Source: Macrostomum lignano (Eukaryota). Taken from it: a stretch of DNA of 62,112 bases. Position numbers and translations under genes: made by a program. Under the pieces are notes generated by a model that was given only the letters and a program-made list of their open reading frames with translations, was not told where the DNA came from and did not search any database. Location: NCBI GenBank assembly GCA_002269645.1, contig NIVC01002943.1:1-62112 (forward strand), in the 5' to 3' direction. Shown here one piece after another: positions 1 through 11,830 of this stretch (within the stretch, counting starts at the first letter, position 1; each line of letters opens with the position of its first letter).

Positions 1-59
1 TGGTTGATCCGAGTGGTGACAACGGCGATGGGGGTGGGGGCCACGGGCAGGGGACCAGT

Positions 60-455
60 GAAGAACCGTCGAGCCAGCCTTGGCCAGGCGATCGGCCAGC
101 TCGTTGCCGGGGTGGCCCGAGTGCCCGGGGATCCACCTTAGGGACACCTTGTTGGAGGCGCCTAAGCGGTTGAGCTGCCCGATGCAGTCGAGGACTGTAC
201 GCGAGCAGGTGGTGGTGCGCTTAAGGGCGTGAATCGCCGCTTGACTGTCCGAGTGGAGGGTAATTTCCTTCCCCCAGACGTGCTGGTTGTACAGCTCCAT
301 GGCGCAGGAGCTGATGGCGAGAACTTCGTTCTGGAAGACGGTGGAGCAGGTGCCGGTGTTGGGAGAAGGTCGCCACAGTTCTCCCTCCAGACACGATGCA
401 GTAGCCGTAACCAGAGGCGGAGTTGATTTGGGACCCGTCAGTGAAGCAGTGGATT
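60..455 (-). pseudogene. RNase H domain of ORF2
   Basis: Manual minus-strand translation gives CFTDGS...EVLAISSCAMELY...WIPGHSGHPGNELADRLAKAG. Confidence 0.85.
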
Positions 456-983
456 TCATGGGGTTTCCAGTTGTCTCTCGCTTCATGGCGTGGTGGAATG
501 CTGGTTTTGAATTTGAGCGGGGGGCAGAGCGTGGACGGGATTCCGTCCGAGAGGGTCAGCAGGCCTCTCGCTGCTTCCAGGTCTCGCAGGCTGAGGTCGC
601 CATGCGGCCGGAGGTTCCGCTTTCTGAAGGCAAACTGCTTCTGGATTTGGACACCCGCGTCAAGCAGACGACGGTGGTTTTCATAGCCTCCCCTCTAACA
701 AAGAGGTCGAGGGGGGGGAATGTCCAAGAAGGAGTTCATGCCACCGAAGGGCGTAGAGGGAGCCGCGCTCATGATAGCTCGACAAGCGCGGCCTTGCACC
801 CTATTTAAAACCTCAAGAACCCCTTTCACCTCTAGGGCACTGTTCCAAATGAAGCCGGCGAAGGAGATGGCCGGTCTAACAATGGCAGTGTAAATCCACC
901 AGAGGCGGCGGGGGGTGAGGCCCCAGGTAGCACCGAAAGCTCTGCGGATCTGCGCGAGTCGCGAGAGCTTTGCGGGCTTTAGT

Positions 984-2405
984 TTATACGTGCGGGGTCC
1001 AGCTCAACCTGTGGTTGAGGGTGACGCCCAGACATCTAGTTTGTTTCTCCATGGCAACAGGTTTGCCATAGAGGGAGAGCGGTTCGATCCTCCAGTTTCG
1101 GCGGCTGGTGAACATGATAGCCACGGTTTTAGACTCAGAGAACCTGAGACCGCAGCTATGTGCCCAGCGCTCGGCACGGTGGATGAAGGCTTGAAGGAGG
1201 TCCCTGAGGATCGCGGGCGATGGTCCAGCCACAGTGGCGGTAACATCGTCCGCATAGCCGACCTTCTGAACAGGGTCCGGATGCGGGCTGCAAAGCAGCT
1301 CGTCCATGACTAAGTTCCAGAGGATCGGGCTGAGGACTCCACCTTGCGGTCCGCCTTTCTGGACTTCCACGGAGCGTGAGTGTCCCAGGAGGTGCGAGGT
1401 GGCAGTACGATGGGAGACCATGTACATGATCCAGCGGGTGAGGTGCTCGTGCGTGCCCCGGGATTCCAGGGCTCGCTTAAAGGCTTCAAAGAGCACATTG
1501 TTGAAAGCACCATCAATGTCGAGGAAAAGCGACAGCGCGTATCCATTGCCAAGCACGGCGCGCTCCAGCTTGTCGACAATGGCGTGCAGCGCACTTTCGA
1601 TGGAGCGTCCAGGACGAAAGGCGTGCTGATTAGGGGAGAGCGGGGAGTTCCTCAGCTCAACGAGGAGAAGGCGCCAGAGCACCAGCCGTTCCATCAGTTT
1701 GAGGAAGAAGGACGTCAGACTAATAGGGCGGTAAGCTTTGGCGGAGTGATAGTCTCCCTTTCCTGGCTTGGGTATGAAGACTACCGTAGCCTCTTGCCAG
1801 GCTTTTGGCACATACCCGAGGGTAATGCTGGCCTTGAAGAGGTTGCAGAGGAGGCCGAGAAACCTGTCATTTTTAACTGCCTCATGAAGGAAGGCAGGAT
1901 AAATGTTGTCAGGACCCGGGGACTTGAAAGGAGAGAAGGATTTTGCGGCGCGAGCCGTCCTCTCTCTAGTAATGATGGTCGAAGCCAGGATCTGTCCACC
2001 CGGAGAGTGGTCCGGTGGGCCTAGCTGCTGTGCGGCACGTGGGAAAGAGCTGGTGAGCATAATGTCCAGCGATTCCCCAGGGTTCTCAGCGAGCCGGCCG
2101 TCCGGTCTTTTAATAACTGAGAGCTTTGACATTTTGTCGAGGGTGAGAGCATTAACTACGCGCGAAGTAGGGCGGGTGCCTTCTAACTCCGCGCAGTTTT
2201 GGCGCCATTTGTCGGACTTGGCTTTCCTGGTTTCACGCTTAAAGTCGCGGATCGCTTCTTGATAGGCGGCCAGGTCAGCTGGGTCCTTGCTCTTGCGAGC
2301 TAGCCGTTGGAGGCACTTTGCCTTGCGCCGGAGGGATCGAGCGCCGGGTGCCACCAGGGGCGGATTTCTTGCCTTTGTAGGCTTTAAGAGGACAGGAAGC
2401 CTCAT
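984..2405 (-). pseudogene. Reverse transcriptase portion of retrotransposon ORF2, frameshifted relative to the flanking ORF2 segments
   Basis: 473-aa ORF with the canonical non-LTR RT motifs. The upstream linker (2275-2637) and the downstream thumb/RNase H region lie in other frames. Confidence 0.93.
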
Positions 2406-3274
2406 GGGCTGTCAGGACGGTCTTGCTGAGCAAGTCTGCAAGGTCATCCACTTCCTGACAGGTGGTTGGAGCGACGGTAGTCAGCTGATCTGTCTGGCAT
2501 TTCAGGGTTTCCGTGAAAGCCGTCCAGTCTGTGTTCCGGAAGTTCCTTTTCCACAGAATGTGAGGCTTGGGGCAAGAGGATTGCAAATGAAAACGAACGA
2601 AGCGATGGTCAGACAGAGACTCCTCTTCGTCCCACACCTCCTAGTCCTTGACTAAAGGAGCCAAGCCATGGGAGACGAGGGTAACGTCGAGGGCCTCCGT
2701 CCATCGCCCGTTGTCAAAGGTGGGGGTTCACCAATGTTGCAAAACTCAGTGTTGGTGGTGCAGATGTAAGCAAGGAGTTCCTCGCCTCTGCTATTGGAAG
2801 TATTACTGCCCAGTGGGTGTGGTGAGCGTTGATGTCGCCCGCCACCAGCAGCTCGAACCTACGGTTAGAGCAGTAGTCCACGAGGGAGGTGAGGTTGGGT
2901 GGAACCGCGGGGCCATCGCCAGGGATATAAATCGAGGCGATTATGACCGTGCGGTTGGTGATAATGTGGTTGGACTGAATGACACAGAGATCTCTGTCAG
3001 AGAGGTCCGGTCTGTGCCAAGCTTTGAGATGGGTAGACACGAACATGGCTGCTCTGGGGTTTTGAGGGTCCTGAAAACAGTCAAAACCAGCAGGAATATT
3101 CGGAATCTTACCTTTCTTTGTCCAGGGCTCATGGAGTAGGATGATGCCCGGTTTCGCAAAGTTTGCCACCCGCATCAGGTTGGTCGAGGCCGCGATGCAG
3201 TGGTGTAGGTTTAGCTGCAGGATGTCCACTCCGGGGATTCCACGAGTGGTTCGCGCAGCTTCTTGCCGGCTCAA
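2275..3274 (-). pseudogene. Apurinic-like endonuclease (APE) portion of ORF2
   Basis: ORFs 2714..3274 and 2275..2637. There is an in-frame TAG at about 2642 in KD*EVWDEEESLSDHR (probably TGG>TAG) and a further frameshift near 2700-2730. Confidence 0.88.
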
Positions 3275-4737
3275 GGCGAGTTGTGCAGGAGAGCTGCCTC
3301 TTCTGCCTCGCCGATAGCTTCAGACTCCAGCTCCATGGGCTCCTCCCGGATGGATCCATGGTCGAGGGCAATGTCGCTGCCTGGGCGGCATTCTCGCTCT
3401 CGGCCTGGTTTTCCGGGGGGGGGCGCAGTGGTGACACTGGGCTGGCGGTGGCTGCGGTTGGGGGCCTTGGCGGTGTCCAGCAGCTGCTTCGCGCGCTGAG
3501 TCAGACCAGAGCGGATAGTGTTCCGGGCGGGTTTCCGGCCCTTTCCACGTCCGCCTGTTGCTGCAGCTTTCGCGGCTTTCCCTCTGACGGGGTCCACGTC
3601 CTCGGAGGGGTCGTGACGGCCGGGAGCTTCTTTTCCTGGGCGTTTCCGCCCGGCAGAGCCCCGACAGCCCGCTTACGCTTCTCCGGGGGCGGTGGGCGGG
3701 TGGCGTCAGACTCAAAGCTAAAGAGCTGAATCTGCAACAGCCCGACAGAGATGATGGACATGTCCGGGTAGCGGAGCATCCAGCTATCCGACAGTCCAAG
3801 AATAGCCGTGAAACCGTCTCCGCCCGGCTTGGAGATGGTCTCGTGAACTACGACACGTTTGCCGGTAGCTCCGGGTTGGAAGCCACTAGCAGGTGACGCA
3901 GCTCGTCGGCCTTGGTGATGCAGCTGCGAGCCGGGATCCAGGCACGGTGCCGGTGTGTCCGGGGTCGCTCGTCCTCCCTGTAGATGAACAGGTTCTCCAG
4001 CTCCGTACCCCAGTCGAAGGTTTTCAGCAGCTCGAGGAGCTGCTGTCCTGACTGGCTGTCGGCGGGCTGGATATGGAGGGCTTGGTCCTCGACTTTCGTC
4101 TTTTGGACTCGAATAGTAGTGCCGCTCAAGGCCATCTTGACCAGGTGGGAGTCCAACCTGCGCCAGATAAGGTCGAGCTGTTCGGCCGTAAGAGGCGTCT
4201 CCTGGCCTTGGATAACCAGGGCCGGCTGCCTCTTGGCCATAGCCGCGTAGGTTCGCTTTGGCTTTGTGGTTTGGCCAGCGCCCCCCGCTTTGGATCCCTC
4301 CACAGCCGTGGGAGCTACCACACGGGCAGAGGTCCGGTCACGGGAGGGGCCAGCCGCACCAGGAGCTTCGGCGGCACCTGACGCATCAGACCGGCGCGCG
4401 GGGTCCACCCCTTGTCGGATGTCGGCTCCTCCGCGGGGTTCGCAGAGTTACCGGCACCCTCCTCAGAGGTGGCCGGAGGGGCGGCTTTCGCATTCCTCCG
4501 TTCCTCCGCTTTGCGCTGGAGAAAGGCTTTGTAGCGAGCAATGCTACGGGCCTTCTTTTTCGAAATCTGAGGTCCGCTGTCTTGTCCAGCCACTCCGGTA
4601 TTATCCTGAGCGGCGGCAGCGGCAGATTGAGAGGCACCGGGGGTTCCGGTGTTGCGAATGTCCGGCTGGGCCGCGGTGCCAACCTCGGTTGGTGCTCGAG
4701 CAGCCTCGGACGTGTCGGAGGTAAATGAATACTCCAT
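3271..4737 (-). pseudogene. Retrotransposon ORF1 (gag-like, basic/Pro-rich), split by frameshifts
   Basis: Consecutive minus-strand ORFs 4315..4737, 3848..4408, 3501..3779 and 3271..3597 lie directly upstream of APE. The 3848..4408 segment resembles the DUF4780-type region of LOA ORF1 (recognised from memory, not searched). Confidence 0.7.
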
Positions 4738-5106
4738 GAGTCGCTGAAAGGCGAGTGGGGACTAGAGGTGAGAAGCCGCTGGGCCGTAACCCCAAACCCA
4801 ACAACCAGGCCAAGAGGTAGCGACCGGGGGGTGGCTTAAGCCCGTACCGGCCCGACCGCTAGCAACCGAGAAACTCCCCGGCTAAGAGCCCGGCTTGGAG
4901 AAACCAGAGGCCGAACCAAAGGACCATCAGCGCGGTACTACACTGGGCCCTTGGGGGAAGCAGGAGGACTGCCTCCGGAGCCTGCGGACTGGCCGCATAC
5001 CCTGTTAAGGTCAGAGGGTGATACCTGTTCCTCAGAGCCGTGGCCAGAGGTACCTGATACGCACAGGTTCACTTCCGGGCCAAAAGGCCACGGATGGGTT
5101 GCCGCC

Positions 5107-5300
5107 GCCGGAGCCCAGTCAGTCCAGCAGCCCTAGGGCTGCCTTGAACACATGCGGGGCGCGAACCCCTGGGTCGGCTTGCGAGTCAGCTTGGAGAGAG
5201 TTCTCCTGCCATTCCTGCACCAGAATAGAGGGGGTGCAGGTGTGTAGGATCGCAGACCTTAGCTCGTAGGCCTAGTCTGTCTCATGCTACACAGGCATGC
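5107..5300 (-). ncRNA. Candidate HDV-like self-cleaving ribozyme at the retrotransposon 5' end
   Basis: Minus strand: P1 GCAUGC(5300-5295)/GCAUGU(5155-5150); P2 GCCGACCCAG(5178-5169)/CUGGGCUCCGGC(5118-5107); P3 GGG/CCC closing L3 UUCGCGC; GU after P1; P4 GCAGCC-CUAG-GGCUGC; J4/2 CUGA with the putative catalytic C at 5122. Confidence 0.75.
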
Positions 5301-7989
5301 TATACCCGCCATTGCATGCTGGAGGCCAGCACAAAAGCTGCAGTTGCTGACCGACACAGAAGCAGAAAATGTATCCCTAATAGAAATTAAATACTTTTAG
5401 GCTGATTGTTGCGATAATTTTAGCTCAGGTGTCTACAGACTGGCGCTCATAAATCATATTGAAAATATTCTGCCACTTTGAATCTACTACCAGCGTAATA
5501 AATACTTTGCTCTACTCTGCTAATCTCATCACAGGTATTAACTGGGCATCCTCTGCTCCGCTAATTGCCTGTGGTCTTCACTTGGCATCTTTTCAACCGG
5601 TATTATTCGAGGGGTTTCCAATAATAGCAGTTAAAATTCGATGTACCGACTGAACGCGAAGGCAGAATCTAATGTAACAGGCATCACTGAATTTATAAAC
5701 ATTCCACAGTTCTAATAGACGTTTATTTCTGTAAAAGTTATGGCTAAAGCTGCAACAAGGGGTAAAGGGTAAAGTTACGCCAAGCCGAGGCCATACAGTC
5801 TGCCATGCAGAATCGCCGTTAACTGATGACTTTTGGACAAAGTGACCCCTTAACTAAACTAATTCACCTCCTGGAATCAGTGTCCACTGCAGATTCAACT
5901 ATTTGGCGGGCGAAAACAACTCTAATAGCATAAACCGATGCTCAATTGCTTGTATATATTTTAGCTCGCACCATCGCAGTGACAGCGTGCCAGTGAGATA
6001 GAAAGAGCGTGCATAGCTTCTTAGCTTCTCCCATTGCCTTTGGAAGCACACAAAGCGGCGATGACCTTTTTGCAGAATGCACCAAATATCAAAAGAACAG
6101 CGTACGCTCAAACTCAAGGGCTCGACTTAACGCAACTCCACCCCTTAAACTCCTAAAATATCTTGGCCAAGAACTTCCCAGCAGAAACTCCTCTATCCAC
6201 TCACTCTCGCAACTGCAAAGCGTCTCTACGTCCATGGCCTAAGGATAACCGACCACAGAACCTTCTGAGTCTCCCGAACAGCTACCACCTGACTTTGGTT
6301 AGTTACCTGTTGATAAATTCTTACGTAACAAGCGAGGAGCAGCATGGAATTGGGGGAAGCAAACGCAAAGAAAGTTGGTGGTAAGCCGTCTGCAGAGGCA
6401 GAACAGCAGTCAGATGCTGCTAAGATACGCTGAGAGGCTTCAACTAGTGCAAGAACAAGTGGGCCGAGCAGCATGCTTGTAGGCAATCTAAGAGTTGCGA
6501 ACGAGTGGTAGCAGAGGCAGAAATGCGAGACTCTGAGACAGTGCTACAACAATGCGTTTAGGGAGATCAGAGAGAGGGGGAGAGCTGCGGGGCATTCTGA
6601 CCACGCAGGCTATTTTGTGAATCAGGAAGTTCCACAAGTAGCCACTGCAGTCACTGATTCAGCTGGGTAGGCCAAGGATAATCCTCAGCTAAGCAGTAAA
6701 GCATGATTACAGCTTTGCCTTTTTGTCAGGCATTTACGACGTATAACCTGAATGGATTCCTGAATACATTCCTGTACTTTTGAGCATCTGCATTTCTTGA
6801 TGGAGATAGATGCGTATGTGCTCAAAGCCGACGGTTTTCAATGAAGGTTTTCAATATGAGCCGGCTAGCAGAGCATTTTATATGTGATAATCAATTCTGA
6901 CGTCTGCATGAAATCCTAGTTTTTACTCAGCAAGACTTTAGTTTATTTCTGAAGGAGAGGGAGAGAGGGAGAGAGAATAAAATAGCTCATTTCATAAACT
7001 CTGTTGCATTAAATTCTGATTTTCAATTTAGTCGGTACACCGATTTTTATCTCAACTTTTGGACACCTCTCGTAGTCATGTGCTTCATTATAATGTTTTA
7101 AACGATTTTACATCGTTTTATATTTTCCCGACGGTAGCCGCAAGTGTCAAATGCGTCATTGTCACACAACCGGCGAGAGGCATTACTGCCCATTCGACCA
7201 TAGACAACTCTATAGTTGAGAAAAACAAACTTGTGAGAAAAATAACCTCAAAAGCTGATGTTTATACTCAGTATAGTATGCTGGGTATATATATTATGGT
7301 AAACGAACGTATGAAACATTTATCAGCGCTACTAGACTTAAAAAACGGATTCTAGGTTGTTTCGTCAAATGCCGTTTCGTCTAAGAGTTTTTTTGGAGAG
7401 TCGTTTCGTCTAACGGAGATTTGAAGCAACTGGAAAGCAAGATAATGATTAATATGTGATGGAGAAGTAATTTTACAGACATCAGTGAGATGTGGTGTGT
7501 ACGCCATAACTTGAAAGCTGCATTTATTTTGTAAAAAATGTTTACAATTTGGCGTTCACTGCACGACACGTTTAAAAGTACCTAGTGGGTTAAGACACTA
7601 AGAGAAGAAGACGTCACTACATTCAATGAAAAATTGGTCATTAAATCATGAAGATAATACAGCGAGTGTACTCAGACGACTCCACTGAGCAGGCACATAC
7701 GAGCGTAAGCGCGGGGATACGTACGCAGTCACACACACAGGCACACAAGCGTGTACAGCCGCTCTAACTTAAATTATCGTTAGAAATATACACCTACTTC
7801 ACTGTTCCTTGGGGGTTGGCGCTCAAGGGCGTTGATTGCACGAGCAGACTCAAGCAGAGATTCCAGAATCGAGCCTGGCACGTACTGTAAGGGCACTGCG
7901 CTAGAACATTTTAGGCTGCAGCCCCCTTCATCCTGCAAACAGCTCAATTTCAACAGCTGACTGATTTGCAAACAATCAACCCCTTCCAG

Positions 7990-9551
7990 CGCAAGCCGCT
8001 GTACTACGAGATCAACCTCATCATGCCCTGCATCGCCATCCTCATTGTGGCCCTGTTCGGCTTCCGACTGCCGCCCGAGTCCGGCGAGCGGATCTCCCTG
8101 TCCGTCACGGTGCTGCTGGCGCTCAGCGTGTTTCTGCAGCTGGCCAGCGAGCACACGCCGACTCAGAGCGACGTTGTGCCGCTCATGTGTGAGTCTGCGG
8201 GTCCTGCGCTACCCCAGCTTTGTAGCTAATTGTTTAGCCTGTAAAACTTATTTAATTGTTTGCAGATATTTCTGCACTTGTTAGCACCAGTTCCCTCACA
8301 CTGAGCAAACACAGGGCTGAAAATGCTCTGGCAGGGCAAGATAAAACCGCACGCTAGGCCAGGCACGCTACACAGACAGGCCAGGGCTACAGCCGGTCAG
8401 GCGGAGCAGTGCGACTCATACAATAGGATAAACTGTTGCTAAGGCCACATGGGTTTGTAGCTAACAAGGGTTTTAGCCTAGTGGATGGAGCGTCGGACCC
8501 ACGGCTGAAAAGTCAGGGGTGCCAGCATTAGCGGGGGGGGGTCATTGAGGGTGTGTGGCAGCCCCCCATTCTGGGTAAAAATTTTATACAATTCCATTGT
8601 GCACTCTCTCTGAACTGGATCTAAACTTGAAACTTAATCTCGTTACTTCGAACTGAATGCTTAGTAAAAATTTACCATCACGAACACTTTTCAGCCCGCT
8701 ACTTCATGGTCGCCATCGGCATGTCCTCGTTGTGCGTTCTGGGCAGCATCCTGGTGCTGCTGCTGCAATCCAACGGCAAGCAGGCCAAGCGAATGGGCCA
8801 CCGAACTGAGCTGTTCTTCACTCTGCTGTGCCGCCTCATCTGCTATCCGGGCTTCCAGGAAGCTGGAGCGAATGCCAGCGGCTGCAGAGGTGACGGAGGC
8901 ACCCACGGAGGCAGCAGGCACCAGAATCGCGTCAACAGGCGCTCGGTAGGCTGCTGATTTCTCAGAGTGGTTTAATGCAATGAATCAAATCTCAGTGTCT
9001 TTAAAATAAACAGTGGTTTTCGATGTATTACGAGCGTAACATGCACATAACAATGAGCCATTTACTAGAAAAACGTCACGCATAATTCTTTTATTTTGCA
9101 GATTAGTCCGAGCAAAAGCAGCAACGGCAGAAGCAACAGCAGAAGCAACAGCATCATTTCGCCGACAGCCTCGTCTACCATCGTGTCCAGCAGCATGGAT
9201 ATGGAGGAGATTGACATTGATGAACTGCGCGTCCGAGCTGAGCGCAGTTCGACTGCTGATGTGCCGCCGCCACCGTCTCCCCAGCAGCTGCCGCCGCAGT
9301 GGGCGGCTGATGCTCTGAACCGAGTCAGCTCAACCCTGACGGAGATTCGCTTGGCCATGGCCCAGTCGAAGGACTCCAAGCGATGGGAGCGACGTTGGGA
9401 GGACGCCGCCCAGGTCACGGACAGGCTGATGTTCTACATCTCCATAATGGGCTTCATCGGACTCATCCTGACCGTCTTGATGGTCCGACCCAGCGAAGCC
9501 ATCAGCGCCGCCACCGACTGCAAGCAGCTGCGCGCCGCCTCGATGACCTGA
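7990..9551 (+). CDS. Nicotinic acetylcholine receptor subunit, upstream paralog, exons 5-7 only (7990-8188, 8695-8945, 9102-9551); exons 1-4 presumably lie before the window
   Basis: Encodes TM1-TM4 (RKPLYYEINLIMPC...GERISLSVTVLLALSVF...DRLMFYIS) with GT-AG boundaries. Exon lengths of 199 and 251 nt match the downstream paralog. Confidence 0.9.
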
Positions 9552-11830
9552 CAGAGAGATCTGACCGAGTATTCCGCCAGATTTAAAGTAGAAATGCCAC
9601 AAAAACTGTTTGCAGTCAGTTTTTTGAACGCTCGAATGGACCTGAGCAGGCTCAAAATTGCACCCATTATTATGCTATTCCCGTTGTAAAATAGGAAGCC
9701 AATTTGCTCAGAAGTACCAGTTATCTGAGTTCGACTCCCGACTTCATATTACTTATTGTCAGATTTATCCATATAATCTGACAAAATTCGTATCATTTCT
9801 GAATATTTACTCCACGTATTTTGCGTTTTGTTGCCCCATTTGGGCCGTTTTACTTTCCTATTGTGTGCACGATCTATTTAGAGCGTATAGTAATTGTACG
9901 ATCGATAATTTAGGCCTTTCCGTGCGCGTGGCGCACGAAGAGGTCCAGTTTATCACTTTAAATATATAGTCTGGCCCTCGCCTTGGTTTATTACCCTTTC
10001 TATTCACTTTCTCACCGCCGACTTTTACGACCGCGTGTTTCTAAAAATACTCGTAGCTTCAAGTGTTAGTTCAGTTAATTATTTGTCCCACCAGCAATCG
10101 AACACTTATAATACTTTGGGGCTTATGCATGAAGTTGGTTTTGGACTTGTTGTTTAGTCCACACCCATTAGGGCCAACCCTCAGTGTGTGTGTGTGCGCG
10201 CGTGTGTGCACATGTTCCAGCTCAGGGCTTAGTGGAATGGACACAACCTTCTCAACGGCTGCGGGTGGACTTGTCGTGTTGATTTCCGGGATAAATGGTA
10301 TGTCTCAGTACAGACATAGGATGGTTTTCCTTTGTCGTGTACTTTTGCATGCCTGCTCCGTTTGAGTTCAGCAAATTTGAGCATAATCTGCTACTAGAGA
10401 GTACTCTTAGAATTCGCTGTTCGCGAAAGCTGCATATTTTATAGAACTGACCGGCATTCTGCTTTGCTATTCTCACACTGAGTTTATTCTTGTCCATTGT
10501 ATTTCAGCAACACAACTCTATATTCGTGACTTCATATTCTACTACTATGAGTACACTTTGAGTGTGTGGTAAATTTTGTTATAATTTGTGCGTTCAAATT
10601 TAACAGAAATTTTTGTTGTGAGTAGTATGCATAGTAGTATCTTTTTTCGTTTTAGAAGCTGTTTTGATAAAGTCGATAACATTTTTTATTCTACGAAAGT
10701 TTACCCGATAGCATTCCTCTGCGCCCTACTTGAAAAAATGACAAGTCCAAAAGCAGGTAAGTTGAAGTTTTTTATGATGAAAGATATGTTTGTGTAATGC
10801 ATGTATCTTACAATTACAATGCAGGTTGCTTCTTATTCATCTGTTATTATTCTGCAAATAATTGCATTGCTTCATTATTTTGTTAAAAAGCAATACTTGT
10901 GATTTCCTTGTTTGTACTTTCTGTACCTCTGATTTACCTATGACCGACTGTTTGTTTTTCCTTTCAAGGATAATTACCAGTCTGAATGCAGTCTGAATGC
11001 AAATACTCGTAGAGATATTGCTGTGGCACCCTGAGACAAGTCTGCGTCTTTTATATTTGGAGAGCTGCTTTTGTTTTACTGATTCCGCAGTGCTGGAGCT
11101 ACTCTCCTCTCTGTGTGTTCAAGTACATCTTTCCAATGCCAGCTTCATCAGTTGGTGCATCCGCATTGCCAAGAGTTCAAGAGACACTCGCTCACGGAGT
11201 TGAGTTGTAGAAAGAGCTTTCAGTACCGGTATTTGGCCTTCATTCTCTGGTCTGGGGACGCAGGCAGTTGGCAGCTTGCCATACAGAGTGGGGGCTCCTT
11301 GGGGTCTCAAAAGTTTGCTTCACTCCCTTCCCTAACCCTACCAACCCCGCCACCCAGCTTTTCTCCGCCATGAACCATTGGCATATGCGTAGACGGCTAC
11401 GCCCCTCCCCTACTATCCAAGCCCCGGCTGTCGACACCAGTACCCCGCATTCCCCTTGCTCCACCCTGTCCCAGTGTCCCAGCTACAATAAAGGCAGAGT
11501 TTGTCTCCAAACGGAACCCCCACAAGTCCAAAAAGACGCTTTGGATATTTTTGGCAATTCCTACACTTGCTGGAAGGCAGAGTAAAAAAACAAAATTGAA
11601 CAAAACGGCTAGAGCAATAATACTCGTAAGCTCAAGCTTGAAATGCTGGTCGCTGATTGGCTGATTGTCTCGCATTGCTGCTGTTTGAAACGCTGCTAAA
11701 ACTCAAATAGCTGCATCCTGCCAGAAGCGGATAACACAGGAGGAGCCACAGCCTCCCTAAGCCAAAAGAGAAAAAAATCTTTTGAGACGAGAGGGTTAAT
11801 TTTTCAACTTTTTTTCAACTACAAGCGGGC

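Larger units (their letters stand above)
1..5335 (-). mobile_element. Non-LTR retrotransposon, LOA/Lian-like (ORF1 plus APE-RT-RNase H), degenerate; 3' end runs off the window start
   Basis: Minus strand carries APE (QLNLHH, LVAGDINAHH..W, SDHR), RT (YRPISLTSFFLKLMERLV, FLDIDGAFNNV, GPQGGVLSPILWN, GYADD) and RNase H (CFTDGS about 433-450; WIPGHSGHPGNELADRLAK about 85-140). Flanking host sequence resumes at about 5345, where similarity to the paralogous intron at about 14160 begins. Confidence 0.93.

Noticed and set aside
229-4728. Many plus-strand ORFs across the retrotransposon
   Set aside because: They are antisense shadows of GC-rich coding sequence with no recognisable domains.
11770-11800. 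GAGAGGGTTAA as a piggyBac-like terminus near the nAChR start codon
   Set aside because: No matching opposite terminus was found in the window.
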